Source: an uncultured SAR86 cluster bacterium (GTDB taxonomy: Bacteria; Pseudomonadota; Gammaproteobacteria; Magnimaribacterales; D2472). Taken from it: DNA of 64,000 bases. Location: the NCBI GenBank assembly GCA_902632555.1, contig CACPCZ010000001.1:32283-96282 (forward strand). The letters are read 5' to 3'. Below the pieces are notes generated by a model. That model was not told the origin of the DNA, ran no database searches, and was given only the letters and a program-made list of their open reading frames with translations. Both the position numbers and the translations under genes were made by a program. Of the stretch, positions 9,853 to 19,072 are shown one piece after another; position 1 is the stretch's first letter, and each line of letters opens with the position of its first letter.

Positions 9853-12525
9853 ATGAAAGACAGAATTTTTGTAATCGATGGCTCTTCATATTTATACAGA
9901 GCATTTCATGCTATGCCTCCATTATCAACATCAACCGGACAACCAACAGGAGCAGTAAAAGGCGTAACAAATATGCTAATGAATCTTAAAAAAGACAGCG
10001 AGGGCTCTCCAATTATTGTTGTTTTTGATGCAAAAGGAAAAACATTTAGAAATGATATTTATTCAGAATATAAAGCTAATAGACCACCCATGCCCGATGA
10101 GCTTCGCAACCAACTTGAACCAGTGAAATCCATATGTAAGGCCATTGGCTTTCCGTTGATTGAGATTGCGGGTGTAGAAGCAGATGATGTAATTGCAACA
10201 ATTGCAAAAAAAGCTAAAGATGCAAAATTAAAATGCGTAATATCATCATTGGATAAAGATCTCATGCAGTTAGTAGATGATCCTGACACAACATTAATGA
10301 ATACAATGAAGCATGAAATTTTCAATGAAGAAAAAGTTCTTGAAAAATTTGGAGTTAAACCTAGTCAAATAATTGACATGCTTGCTCTTGTTGGAGATTC
10401 ATCGGATAACATTCCTGGAGTTCCAAAAGTTGGACAGAAAACTGCTGCTAAATGGTTAAACGAATATGGCAACATCAAGACTATAAAAGAAAATGCCGAA
10501 TCTATTAAGGGTGTTGTAGGAGAAAATCTTAGAAATAGTCTAAATGACCTCGATAGGAATATAAAGTTAGTATCTCTAAAAACTGATGTAGATATAGGTG
10601 TGGATTTTAGCGAACTTTTGAAATCAAATCCTAATAACGAAGACTTAGAGAGAATTTTTGCTGAATTGGAATTTACTCCCCTTAATAAAAATATTTCGAA
10701 AGAACCTGTCAAGAATAATACAAAATATGAAACTATCCTTAACGAGAAAGATTTAGAGAAATGGATTTCAAAGATTAAAAAAGCTGACGCATTTGCAATT
10801 GACACAGAAACAGACTCTGTTGAAATTGTTTCTGCAAATCTTTTGGGCATCTCTTTATCAACTAAAGAAAATGAAGGTTGTTATATACCTATTGGACACA
10901 AATATGAGGACTGTCCTGAACAGCTTAAACTAGATTATGTTACTAAACTTTTAGGCCCGGTAATTGAGAAAAATCAAGATAAAATTGTTGGACAGAATCT
11001 TAAGTTTGATATACCAATACTGGCAAGACATGGGATAGAGATTTCAAGGTTTTTGGGTGATACGATGCTAATGTCTTATGTCCTTAACAGCACTGCAACT
11101 AGACATGGAATGGATAGGCTGGCCGATTTTTACTTAAATTACACTACAACTAAATATACTGATGTCACTGGTACTGCATCAAAACAGATAAGCTTTGCTG
11201 AGGTTAAATTAGACATTGCCACTAATTATGCAGCCGAGGATGCCGATATAACATTAAGACTGTTTAATGTATTAACACCTTTACTGAAAGAAAAACCTAT
11301 TCAACTAAAATTACTGAGAGATATTGAATATCCTTTAGTTCATGTTCTATCAAGAGTAGAGCAAAACGGCGCAAAAATAGATAAGAACAAACTAGCAAAA
11401 CATTCCGAAGAGCTAAGTAAAAAAATTAGTGAATTTTCAAAGCAAGCCTTTAAGATTGCTGGAGAAGAATTTAATTTAGATTCTCCAAAACAGCTTCTTG
11501 AGATCTTGTACGAAAAACAAGGATTACCAGTTTTAAAGAAAACTCCCAAAGGTCAACCTTCAACAAATGAGGACACCTTGCAAAGACTTTCCGAAGAATA
11601 TGAGCTTCCAAGAATTATTCTTAAATATAGAACTTTAGCTAAGCTAAAATCTACTTACACCGACAGCCTTATAAAAATAGAGAATCCAAAAACGGAGAGA
11701 ATTCATACTTCTTATCAACAAGCTGTAACTTCCACAGGAAGGTTATCATCGACAGAACCAAATTTACAAAACATACCGATTAAAACAGCAGAAGGAAGGA
11801 GAATAAGAGAAGCATTTATTCCCGAGAAAGGGAATGTTCTTATATCAGCCGATTACTCACAAATTGAATTGAGGATTATGGCGCATTTATCTGAAGATAA
11901 AAATTTAACCCATGCATTTAATAATGATATTGATGTTCACTCATCAACTGCATCAGAGGTATTTGGCGTTTCAATCGATGATGTTACTAAAGATCAAAGA
12001 AGAAGCGCAAAAGCAATTAATTTTGGTTTGATGTATGGTATGTCAGCTTTTGGTCTCACTAGACAACTTGGAATTGCAAGGGATGAAGCTCAAGAATATC
12101 TAGACGCGTATTTTGCAAGGTATACAGGCGTAAGAGACTATATGGATAATATTAAAGCTCAAGCCAAAGAAGATAAGTTTGTAGAAACGATTATGGGAAG
12201 ACGTTTATATTTAAATGAAATAAATGCGGCAAATGGTTTAAGGAGACAGGCCGCTGAAAGAGCAGCTATTAATGCACCTCTTCAGGGATCAGCAGCAGAT
12301 ATTATTAAAAAAGCGATGTTGGATATAGATATGCTTATTAATGAAGAAATTAGAGACGTAAAAATGATTATGCAAGTTCATGATGAGCTGGTATTTGAAT
12401 GCCCTAAAGAAGCTGCCGATGAAGTAATGAAAGAGATTAAGCTCAGAATGGAGAATACTGTTAATCTTAAAATACCTCTAATTGCTGAAGCAGAAATCGG
12501 AGATAATTGGAATGAAGCGCATTAA
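9853..12525 (+). CDS. polA: DNA polymerase I
   Basis: 5'-3' exonuclease, 3'-5' exonuclease and polymerase domains. Motifs DYSQIELR, RRSAKAINFGLMYG and QVHDELVFE. Confidence 0.97.
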   Translation: MKDRIFVIDGSSYLYRAFHAMPPLSTSTGQPTGAVKGVTNMLMNLKKDSEGSPIIVVFDAKGKTFRNDIYSEYKANRPPMPDELRNQLEPVKSICKAIGFPLIEIAGVEADDVIATIAKKAKDAKLKCVISSLDKDLMQLVDDPDTTLMNTMKHEIFNEEKVLEKFGVKPSQIIDMLALVGDSSDNIPGVPKVGQKTAAKWLNEYGNIKTIKENAESIKGVVGENLRNSLNDLDRNIKLVSLKTDVDIGVDFSELLKSNPNNEDLERIFAELEFTPLNKNISKEPVKNNTKYETILNEKDLEKWISKIKKADAFAIDTETDSVEIVSANLLGISLSTKENEGCYIPIGHKYEDCPEQLKLDYVTKLLGPVIEKNQDKIVGQNLKFDIPILARHGIEISRFLGDTMLMSYVLNSTATRHGMDRLADFYLNYTTTKYTDVTGTASKQISFAEVKLDIATNYAAEDADITLRLFNVLTPLLKEKPIQLKLLRDIEYPLVHVLSRVEQNGAKIDKNKLAKHSEELSKKISEFSKQAFKIAGEEFNLDSPKQLLEILYEKQGLPVLKKTPKGQPSTNEDTLQRLSEEYELPRIILKYRTLAKLKSTYTDSLIKIENPKTERIHTSYQQAVTSTGRLSSTEPNLQNIPIKTAEGRRIREAFIPEKGNVLISADYSQIELRIMAHLSEDKNLTHAFNNDIDVHSSTASEVFGVSIDDVTKDQRRSAKAINFGLMYGMSAFGLTRQLGIARDEAQEYLDAYFARYTGVRDYMDNIKAQAKEDKFVETIMGRRLYLNEINAANGLRRQAAERAAINAPLQGSAADIIKKAMLDIDMLINEEIRDVKMIMQVHDELVFECPKEAADEVMKEIKLRMENTVNLKIPLIAEAEIGDNWNEAH

Positions 12526-13603
12526 AGCAAAATATTACATAACAGTTTTATTATTTTCAGTTTTTTTAGATGCTGAAAAATTTGATAATTATTTTCAAGA
12601 CATTTTTGAAAGTGAAAAAATTGACTTTAATCAATGTGTTATGGAAGAAGGTCTCTCTCCAGAAGAAAGACTCAATACAAAATGTAAATATTCAGAAAGA
12701 GCTAAAAAAGCTTTTTATATTTTAGAAAATGAGATGCAATTTTCCACATACAATATGTTGCCAGATTTTTCAAAATATCAAACTATTTCAAAAATGAAAT
12801 TACGCTTTCCCCGAGCAATGCAAGAACGTAACGAAATGGGATATGTTATTTTAAACTTTGATATAGATATTGATGGTAATACTAAAAATATAACTGTTGA
12901 CGAGGGAATGTGCGGAAACATGCATTCTCCTTTTGCAAAATTTAAGCCTTGCTCTGGATTTAATAAAGTTGCAATAGATTTGATTAAAAGAACAAAATAT
13001 AAACCAGCTTCTTTTTTGGGAAAAAATATAGTTACTGAAAACGCAAAATATAGGATGCGCTTTATTCTTGATGGCGCTGAACTAAGCATAAAAAAATCTA
13101 GTCATGTTAAGAAATACAGAAGGGTCTTAAATTTAATCGAAAATAAAAATTTCGAGGCCGCAATGGAGATAGCATTAGAAAATAAAAAATATGAAAATGA
13201 GTTTCTGTTTGAGCTTGCAAGAATTCAGTTCATCCTAGGAAATCATTTAGACGCTATTTCTTACTTAAATGAATTTTTATTAAATGTTGAAAACGAAAAA
13301 GATGAAATTCCTGAATCAATGCTCGTCGGGGCTGTTTCAATAATGATCGAGTCCCTTTTTAACCTTGAAAATTATGAAAAAATTATTGAATTATCAATAA
13401 CCACAGATAAATATTTAATTAATAATAAAGCTTTTGAAGAGGTTCTTGCTATTTCTTATCTTTACATAGGAGCCTCATATGTAAATTTGAGTAACTTAGA
13501 AACTGGATTATTCTATTTAACTAGATCAAAAAGAATGTCAAAGAACGAGGGACAAATTAAATATATTGAGAATTTTATAAACAATGTAACTAACTATTTA
13601 TAG
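12512..13603 (+). CDS. secreted hypothetical protein with a TonB C-terminal-like domain and a TPR-like helical repeat region
   Basis: Probable start is the ATG at 12512 (MKRIKAKYYITVLLFSVFLDA signal-like). The mid region GYVILNFDIDIDGNTKNITV resembles TonB_C. The C-terminal half consists of helical repeats. Confidence 0.45.
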   Translation: MKRIKAKYYITVLLFSVFLDAEKFDNYFQDIFESEKIDFNQCVMEEGLSPEERLNTKCKYSERAKKAFYILENEMQFSTYNMLPDFSKYQTISKMKLRFPRAMQERNEMGYVILNFDIDIDGNTKNITVDEGMCGNMHSPFAKFKPCSGFNKVAIDLIKRTKYKPASFLGKNIVTENAKYRMRFILDGAELSIKKSSHVKKYRRVLNLIENKNFEAAMEIALENKKYENEFLFELARIQFILGNHLDAISYLNEFLLNVENEKDEIPESMLVGAVSIMIESLFNLENYEKIIELSITTDKYLINNKAFEEVLAISYLYIGASYVNLSNLETGLFYLTRSKRMSKNEGQIKYIENFINNVTNYL

Positions 13604-14104
13604 TTTTATTCTTTTTACTGGAACATAACTCATTTCTTCAGGAAGAAGTATTTTAATACCATGTTCTTTTCTTAAATCAGATATTTTTAATTTAAGATAT
13701 TCTTCAGGCATTCTAAAAGGCCATTTTTTCTTCATTTTTAATGCTCTAAACATAACTTTTCTTTTAATTGCTCCCAGCTTCCAAAAGATTCTAATAAAAC
13801 CAATTACACCAAATTCTTTATATAAATCCTTATAAAGTTGTTTTATTTGAGGAAGGCTTTGATATCCCCATAAGTACTTTAATTCCCACTTGCTTCCCCA
13901 AACAACCCAGCTATCAAGAATAGATTCTTGTTCAATAGATATATCAAGACCAAATATGACATGAGTGCAATCATGATCTCTCAAAAGTGTTCCAGAGCCT
14001 TCAGTATCCTGCAAAATTTCAGTTGTACCCGGAAAAGAATTGTAATAACAGTCTAAGCCTTCTTGAAGGGTTAAATCACAATCTTGTTTTTGATATTCCA
14101 ACAT
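13598..14104 (-). CDS. Coq4-like protein (HDxxH-x11-E putative metal motif)
   Basis: 168 aa containing HDCTHVIFGLDISIEQE, which fits the HDxxH-(x)11-E signature described for the Coq4 family. No other recognisable domain. Confidence 0.4.
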   Translation of the reverse strand: MLEYQKQDCDLTLQEGLDCYYNSFPGTTEILQDTEGSGTLLRDHDCTHVIFGLDISIEQESILDSWVVWGSKWELKYLWGYQSLPQIKQLYKDLYKEFGVIGFIRIFWKLGAIKRKVMFRALKMKKKWPFRMPEEYLKLKISDLRKEHGIKILLPEEMSYVPVKRIKL

Positions 14105-14685
14105 CAGTCGACAAATTCTAGTATTTGTTTAGAAAGCTTGTCAAAGCCATTAATATCTTTTGATGAGACAGCTAGCGGAGCTGAGCCTGGAATTTTATTT
14201 TTAACTAAATTTAGAGCCTTAGATATATTGTTATTAGATAATTTATCGCTTTTTGTAAGAACCGGAATACATGGAATATTAAAATTGCTGCATAAATGTA
14301 CCATTTCCCAATCACTTTCTTTTAATGGATGACGAATGTCCATAAAAATAATCACAGCAGCTAGCGCTTCCCTTTTTTGAAAGTATTCTCCTAATAATGG
14401 TCCCCAATCTTTCTTTTTTGCTTTGCTAGATTTTGCAAATCCATAGCCAGGTAAATCTAATAACATTAAGTCGTTATTAACCTTAAAAAAGTTTATTTCT
14501 GTAGTCCTTCCCGGAGTTTTACTTGTTCTTGCCAATTTTTTATTCTCAGTAAGGGCATTCAGCGCACTTGATTTTCCAGCATTTGATCTGCCAGCAAGCA
14601 AAATTTCAATTCCTTTGTCTTCAGGGAGTTTTTTATATTCGGTAACTCCAAAAACAAACTTAGTATTTTTAAAAAGGTTTTTCAT
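14104..14685 (-). CDS. engB: ribosome biogenesis GTPase YihA/EngB
   Basis: G1 motif GRSNAGKSS, G3 DLPGYG and G4 TKSDK. It lies next to polA and cytochrome c4, as in Pseudomonas-type synteny. Confidence 0.9.
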   Translation of the reverse strand: MKNLFKNTKFVFGVTEYKKLPEDKGIEILLAGRSNAGKSSALNALTENKKLARTSKTPGRTTEINFFKVNNDLMLLDLPGYGFAKSSKAKKKDWGPLLGEYFQKREALAAVIIFMDIRHPLKESDWEMVHLCSNFNIPCIPVLTKSDKLSNNNISKALNLVKNKIPGSAPLAVSSKDINGFDKLSKQILEFVD

Positions 14686-14751
14686 TTAATCGTTTATATC
14701 ATATCAACCTATGTTTATAATACACATCAACAATACACTCTAATATTTTCT

Positions 14752-15417
14752 ATGAAATATTTTTTAATATTTTTTGTTTTTTTGGGCACCCTAGGTAATC
14801 TTTTTGCTGCTGATGCTGGCAACAAAGATATTAAAGTACCTGAGAACTTTCAATCAGGAAATGCTGACAACGGCTCACAGTTGGTTGCATCCTGTGCTGC
14901 CTGTCATGGCGCTGACGGAAATAGTATCAGTAGTGACTGGCCAAAGCTTGCAGGTCAAAATCAAAAGTATATCTATGAGCAGCTTAAGTATTTTCGAGAT
15001 GGAGCCAGAATGAACGCTTTAATGATGTCTGTAACTCCGTATTTACAAACCTTAGAAGATGGAGATTTATTAGATATTGCTGCATATTATTCAAACTATA
15101 ATTCTACTGTTGGTCAAGCTCAAAACGACGAGGAATTACTTCAATTAGGAACACAACTTTATAGATTTGGTAATATGAAAAAAGGTGTGCCTGCTTGTAC
15201 ATCATGTCATGCAGTTCACGGACAAGGAAATAGTTTGGCAGGTTTTCCCTCTGTTGCAGGCCAACAAGTTGGATACTTAAAATCAACATTAAAAGCATAT
15301 AGATCAAAGGAAAGAAATACTGGAGAGTTAGCTGAAATGATGCAATCCATTGCTCAAAATCTTTCTGATGACGAAATTAATGCTTTAGCGAATTACATGC
15401 ATGGGCTATATCAATGA
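14752..15417 (+). CDS. diheme cytochrome c4
   Basis: Signal peptide and two CxxCH heme motifs (CAACHG, CTSCHA), each followed by a Met-containing segment. Confidence 0.85.
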   Translation: MKYFLIFFVFLGTLGNLFAADAGNKDIKVPENFQSGNADNGSQLVASCAACHGADGNSISSDWPKLAGQNQKYIYEQLKYFRDGARMNALMMSVTPYLQTLEDGDLLDIAAYYSNYNSTVGQAQNDEELLQLGTQLYRFGNMKKGVPACTSCHAVHGQGNSLAGFPSVAGQQVGYLKSTLKAYRSKERNTGELAEMMQSIAQNLSDDEINALANYMHGLYQ

Positions 15418-16043
15418 AAATATATATTAAGAAAAAAATAAGTTTAGTTATCTTACTACTAATTACATTAGGAGTAAGCGCAGAGTATAGACAAGGTGTT
15501 GATTATCAATTGATAAATAATCCAATTCCTATTAAACAGGACGGAATTGTAGAGGTAACTGAATTTTTTTGGTATGCATGTTTAGGCTGTTATTCATTTG
15601 AACCTGCACTAAGCCTTTGGGAATCTAAGCAAAAAGCAGATGTAAAGTTAAATAAAATACCTATTACTTGGCAAGGTGTTCATCAACTTCATGCCGCTTT
15701 ATATTACACAATTGAATCTTTAAAGTTAGATCCCTCAACACATACAGCTGTTTTTGTAACAATTCATGATGAAGGTAATTTTCTTGGAAGTCCAAAAGCT
15801 ATACAGGAATTTTTAAAAAAATTTGGAGTAGCACCAGAACTTACAATTAAGTACTTGAATTCGTTTGCAGTAAAACAAAAAGTTAATAGAGCTATTAAGT
15901 ATGGTAAGCAATTAAAAGTAGATGGAACACCAACAATGATTGTTGATGGAAAATACTATGTGAAAGCGAGACCAAACCAACCATTAGCTGAAATGTTAAA
16001 TGTTGTAGATTATCTTGTAGAGCTTCAAAAACCTGTTAGTTAA
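15414..16043 (+). CDS. dsbA: thiol:disulfide interchange protein DsbA family
   Basis: Signal peptide, active-site FFWYACLGCYSFE (CxxC) and GTPTMIVDGKY (the cis-Pro region). Confidence 0.75.
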   Translation: MKIYIKKKISLVILLLITLGVSAEYRQGVDYQLINNPIPIKQDGIVEVTEFFWYACLGCYSFEPALSLWESKQKADVKLNKIPITWQGVHQLHAALYYTIESLKLDPSTHTAVFVTIHDEGNFLGSPKAIQEFLKKFGVAPELTIKYLNSFAVKQKVNRAIKYGKQLKVDGTPTMIVDGKYYVKARPNQPLAEMLNVVDYLVELQKPVS

Positions 16044-16046
16044 GAT

Positions 16047-16634
16047 ATGAAAAATAAAAACCTGTTAGTAATTTTACCTTTATGCTTTTTAATTTTATTT
16101 AATGGTAAGAAGTATGAAGAAGCCGTAAAAGAGAGGTTATTTTTGCCAATTAAGTTATGTTTAGAAGGGCAAGATTGTGGAACATCTTCACAAGCAAGCC
16201 AAATGGCAACATCGACTCAAACTGAAATTAAAAAAGTTCAGCTCTCTGAGGGTTCTGAACATGAGGTAAAAATGCTAAATTCGGGTGAAGGCGGTCAAAT
16301 GATCTTCGAGCCCGCAGTAATTAAGGTTTCTCTTGGAGATACCATACATTTTAAAGCTACAGATATGTCTCACAATTCTGCATCAGTTGAAGGCATGGTG
16401 CCGGAAGGAGCAGAGTCTTGGGCCGGTCAGCTTAATCAAGACATCAGCATAACTTTAAATACCGAAGGCGTATATGTTTATCAGTGTGATCCCCATGCAA
16501 TGATGGCAATGATTGGAGTGATTCAGGTCGGAGAAGCTTTAAATATGGAAGATATCAAACAGGCTTCCCAGAACTATAGATCAACTCTGGTAATGAACGC
16601 AGACAGGATAGACAACTATCTCAATCAACTTTAG
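16047..16634 (+). CDS. pseudoazurin-type blue copper protein with N-terminal extension
   Basis: Cupredoxin ligand pattern: H in ATDMSHNS and YQCDPHAMMAM (C-x2-H-x4-M). A roughly 75-aa N-terminal extension carries a hydrophobic anchor. Confidence 0.7.
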   Translation: MKNKNLLVILPLCFLILFNGKKYEEAVKERLFLPIKLCLEGQDCGTSSQASQMATSTQTEIKKVQLSEGSEHEVKMLNSGEGGQMIFEPAVIKVSLGDTIHFKATDMSHNSASVEGMVPEGAESWAGQLNQDISITLNTEGVYVYQCDPHAMMAMIGVIQVGEALNMEDIKQASQNYRSTLVMNADRIDNYLNQL

Positions 16635-16860
16635 TTTTTTCTAGCTCTGAAAGTCTTTTTTCTAAGTCTTCTATGATTTTCTTAAGATTGAGATATTTTG
16701 ATCTTTTAATAAAACCACTTTGCTCAATTATGTTTTCTATCTGTGGAGCAATATTTTTTTCTACATTTGAGAGAATATCTTTAGGTATTAATTTGCTGAA
16801 ACTTTTAAGTTCTTTTTCAATAATACTTTTAATTGCACTTGAAAGATCTTCGTTAGTCAT
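16621..16860 (-). CDS. ubiK: ubiquinone biosynthesis accessory factor UbiK (BMFP/YqiC-like coiled coil)
   Basis: 79-aa coiled-coil protein whose C-terminus (EDLEKRLSELEK) resembles the E. coli YqiC C-terminus (LEQRISELEN). Its start overlaps the yigB-like stop by 8 nt. Confidence 0.55.
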   Translation of the reverse strand: MTNEDLSSAIKSIIEKELKSFSKLIPKDILSNVEKNIAPQIENIIEQSGFIKRSKYLNLKKIIEDLEKRLSELEKTKVD

Positions 16861-17557
16861 ATTTTTTTGATATTAATTCAGGTAAATTTTTCCACGAACT
16901 AAACTCATCTGGCTTAGTAAAGCTTTGATTCCATTCCACACCTTTATTATTAAACCAAAGCGATTCAATTCCAAGGTTAAATGCGCCAAAGATATCATTT
17001 ATTTGATGATCTCCTATATGAAGAATATTCTCGAAGTTAATGTTATCAACACGCTTTATTGCTTCATCAAAGTGTGCGCGATTGGGTTTGCTATCTTTTG
17101 CCTCAAGTGAGCTTATTGAAAACTTAAAATATTTACCTATATCAAATTTAAATATATCCGCGTTACCATTTGTTAATACCCCAAGGACGAAATTCTTAGA
17201 TAGTTTTTCAAGAGCCTCCTCTACACCCTCAAATAAAGTAATTTCATGTCTTTTTGTAATAAATATTTTAAATGCTTCTTCAACAATCTCATCCCTTAAA
17301 TCTCTCGGTCGAATATGATCAAGTTTAATTTTAAATATTTCTTTTCTAAGCTTGCTAATATCCCACGCAATACTTTCGTCATTCTTTATAAGTTTCTCTC
17401 GAGTTTCAAGGAAGTCTTCAAATGTTCCCCAGTCAACTTTTCCTGTTTGTTCTTCTATCCAATTTCTTGTATCTATCTCGGCTTTTGTAATTGTTGGCAT
17501 ATTATCCCAAAGGGTGTCATCTAGATCGAAAGTAATCATCTTAATGTCCTTACTCAT
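16853..17557 (-). CDS. HAD-superfamily hydrolase, YigB-like
   Basis: Motif I FDLDDTLW, motif II LGVLTNG, and GDHQINDI. It sits downstream of xerC, as E. coli yigB does. Confidence 0.7.
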   Translation of the reverse strand: MSKDIKMITFDLDDTLWDNMPTITKAEIDTRNWIEEQTGKVDWGTFEDFLETREKLIKNDESIAWDISKLRKEIFKIKLDHIRPRDLRDEIVEEAFKIFITKRHEITLFEGVEEALEKLSKNFVLGVLTNGNADIFKFDIGKYFKFSISSLEAKDSKPNRAHFDEAIKRVDNINFENILHIGDHQINDIFGAFNLGIESLWFNNKGVEWNQSFTKPDEFSSWKNLPELISKKYD

Positions 17558-18450
17558 TTTTTTGCCCTTGGGTGAGCTTGATCATAAATTTTTACAAGAT
17601 GTTGATAATCCAATTTTGTATAAATTTGAGTGGTTGATAAAGAGCTATGACCAAGTAGTTCTTGGATTGTTCTCAAATCACCACTTGATTCAAGCATGTG
17701 TGTCGCGAAACTGTGTCTCAACATGTGTGGATGAATTGGAGGAAGGCCTTGCTTGAGAGCCATTTTCTTCAATCTAATTTGAATACTTCTAACAGAAAGC
17801 CTCGTTCCTTTTGAGTTTAAGAAAAGAGCGTCTGTATTGTTTACGATTTTCTCTCTTTCAATTAGCCAATTTTTAATTGCATTTATTGCAAATTTTCCTA
17901 ACGGCACTAATCTTGTTTTAGAGCCCTTACCAATTACTCTGAGAAATGCCATATCTTCCTCAAAATCTGAGATATTAATATTTATTGCCTCTGATACTCT
18001 TAATCCAGACGAGTAGATTAATTCAACAATAGCCATATCTCTTATTTCAACAAGCGATGACGGTTTAAAATTCAATAACTGCTCAACATCGTCAGGAGAT
18101 AGAACATCTGGAAGATTGCTAGGAGTTTTGGGTGCAGTAATTAAATCAAACGGAGACACATTTACTAACCCATTTTTTTTTAAGAATTTAAAAAATCCTT
18201 TTGCTGATGAAAGATGTCTTTGTATGCTCCTTGGATTAATTCCATTAGAAAATAAGTCACCAATCCACGCCGAACATATTTCATCATTGATAGAACTATA
18301 TTCAGTTATCTCCAGATCGATTACAAAATTTGCTAATTTATCAAGATCTCTTTTATATGAGCTAGCAGTATTCTTGGAAAGATTCTTTACATCTGAAATA
18401 TAAGATACATATTCTTCAACATTTTTATGTATAAATGTCTCATTCTTCAT
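17554..18450 (-). CDS. xerC: tyrosine recombinase XerC
   Basis: Catalytic residues are in LRVSEA, LRHSFATHML and LGHSSLSTTQIYT. The gene lies in the dapF-yigA-xerC-yigB synteny. Confidence 0.85.
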   Translation of the reverse strand: MKNETFIHKNVEEYVSYISDVKNLSKNTASSYKRDLDKLANFVIDLEITEYSSINDEICSAWIGDLFSNGINPRSIQRHLSSAKGFFKFLKKNGLVNVSPFDLITAPKTPSNLPDVLSPDDVEQLLNFKPSSLVEIRDMAIVELIYSSGLRVSEAININISDFEEDMAFLRVIGKGSKTRLVPLGKFAINAIKNWLIEREKIVNNTDALFLNSKGTRLSVRSIQIRLKKMALKQGLPPIHPHMLRHSFATHMLESSGDLRTIQELLGHSSLSTTQIYTKLDYQHLVKIYDQAHPRAKK

Positions 18451-19072
18451 AGTTTGATGTTAATTTTTTCTCAAGTATGTCTCTAATGTATTCTATAAAT
18501 GTTGTATCCTCATCGCCAAGATATTTAGTTCTGTCGTAACTCCCAAGCTTTAATAAACCCATTTTTTTGTTAAACACAATGACAGCAATAGCTAAAGATT
18601 GAATTTTCTCATCATTAAATAGAAAAACTATTTTTTCGTTTGAAAAAGAGCCGCAATGAACAGCACCTTTATGTATTGAGAGACCAGTTGCCTCCTCTAT
18701 TTGATCCAAAGCAGAGCTATCAAAAAACTCCAATACGCACTTATCTACTCCAAAGTCATTTTCAAAACTTTTTTCGACTGTTTTTTTTATATCATCTTCA
18801 TTTTTTGATTCTAGTATTTTAAGTGTGAGATCTTTAGATTTTTTAAATAAATCTTCATTAATGGATGCCGTATCAATAAATGACCTTAGGAGCTCAATAA
18901 TATTTTTGTGTTCTTCTCTGAGCTTGATTACTTGTCTTTCTAGAATGGAGGAAGCAGAACTCTGTGAATGTTTAAACTTCAATTCACTTACCAAGGATTC
19001 TCTGCTTTCAAAAAAATTCAAATTATCTAATAAAAATAATTCAACATCTTTGGGATCTAGTTTTTTAGTCAT
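18440..19072 (-). CDS. DUF484 (YigA) family protein
   Basis: 210 aa with a coiled-coil N-terminus and a GAF-like C-terminus. It occupies the conserved position between dapF and xerC. Confidence 0.65.
   Translation of the reverse strand: MTKKLDPKDVELFLLDNLNFFESRESLVSELKFKHSQSSASSILERQVIKLREEHKNIIELLRSFIDTASINEDLFKKSKDLTLKILESKNEDDIKKTVEKSFENDFGVDKCVLEFFDSSALDQIEEATGLSIHKGAVHCGSFSNEKIVFLFNDEKIQSLAIAVIVFNKKMGLLKLGSYDRTKYLGDEDTTFIEYIRDILEKKLTSNYEE

Noticed and set aside
10365-10850. 161-aa antisense ORF inside polA, with similar cases at 17352-17756, 44028-44441, 12778-13089 and 27356-27688
   Set aside because: All are nested antisense to genes with strong family signatures. Their compositions are typical of shadow ORFs and none has a recognisable domain.
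17554-18450. Tyrosine recombinase as a marker of an integrative mobile element
   Set aside because: It sits in the housekeeping lptM-dapF-yigA-xerC-yigB synteny. There is no flanking tRNA, direct repeats or cargo genes, so it is XerC.
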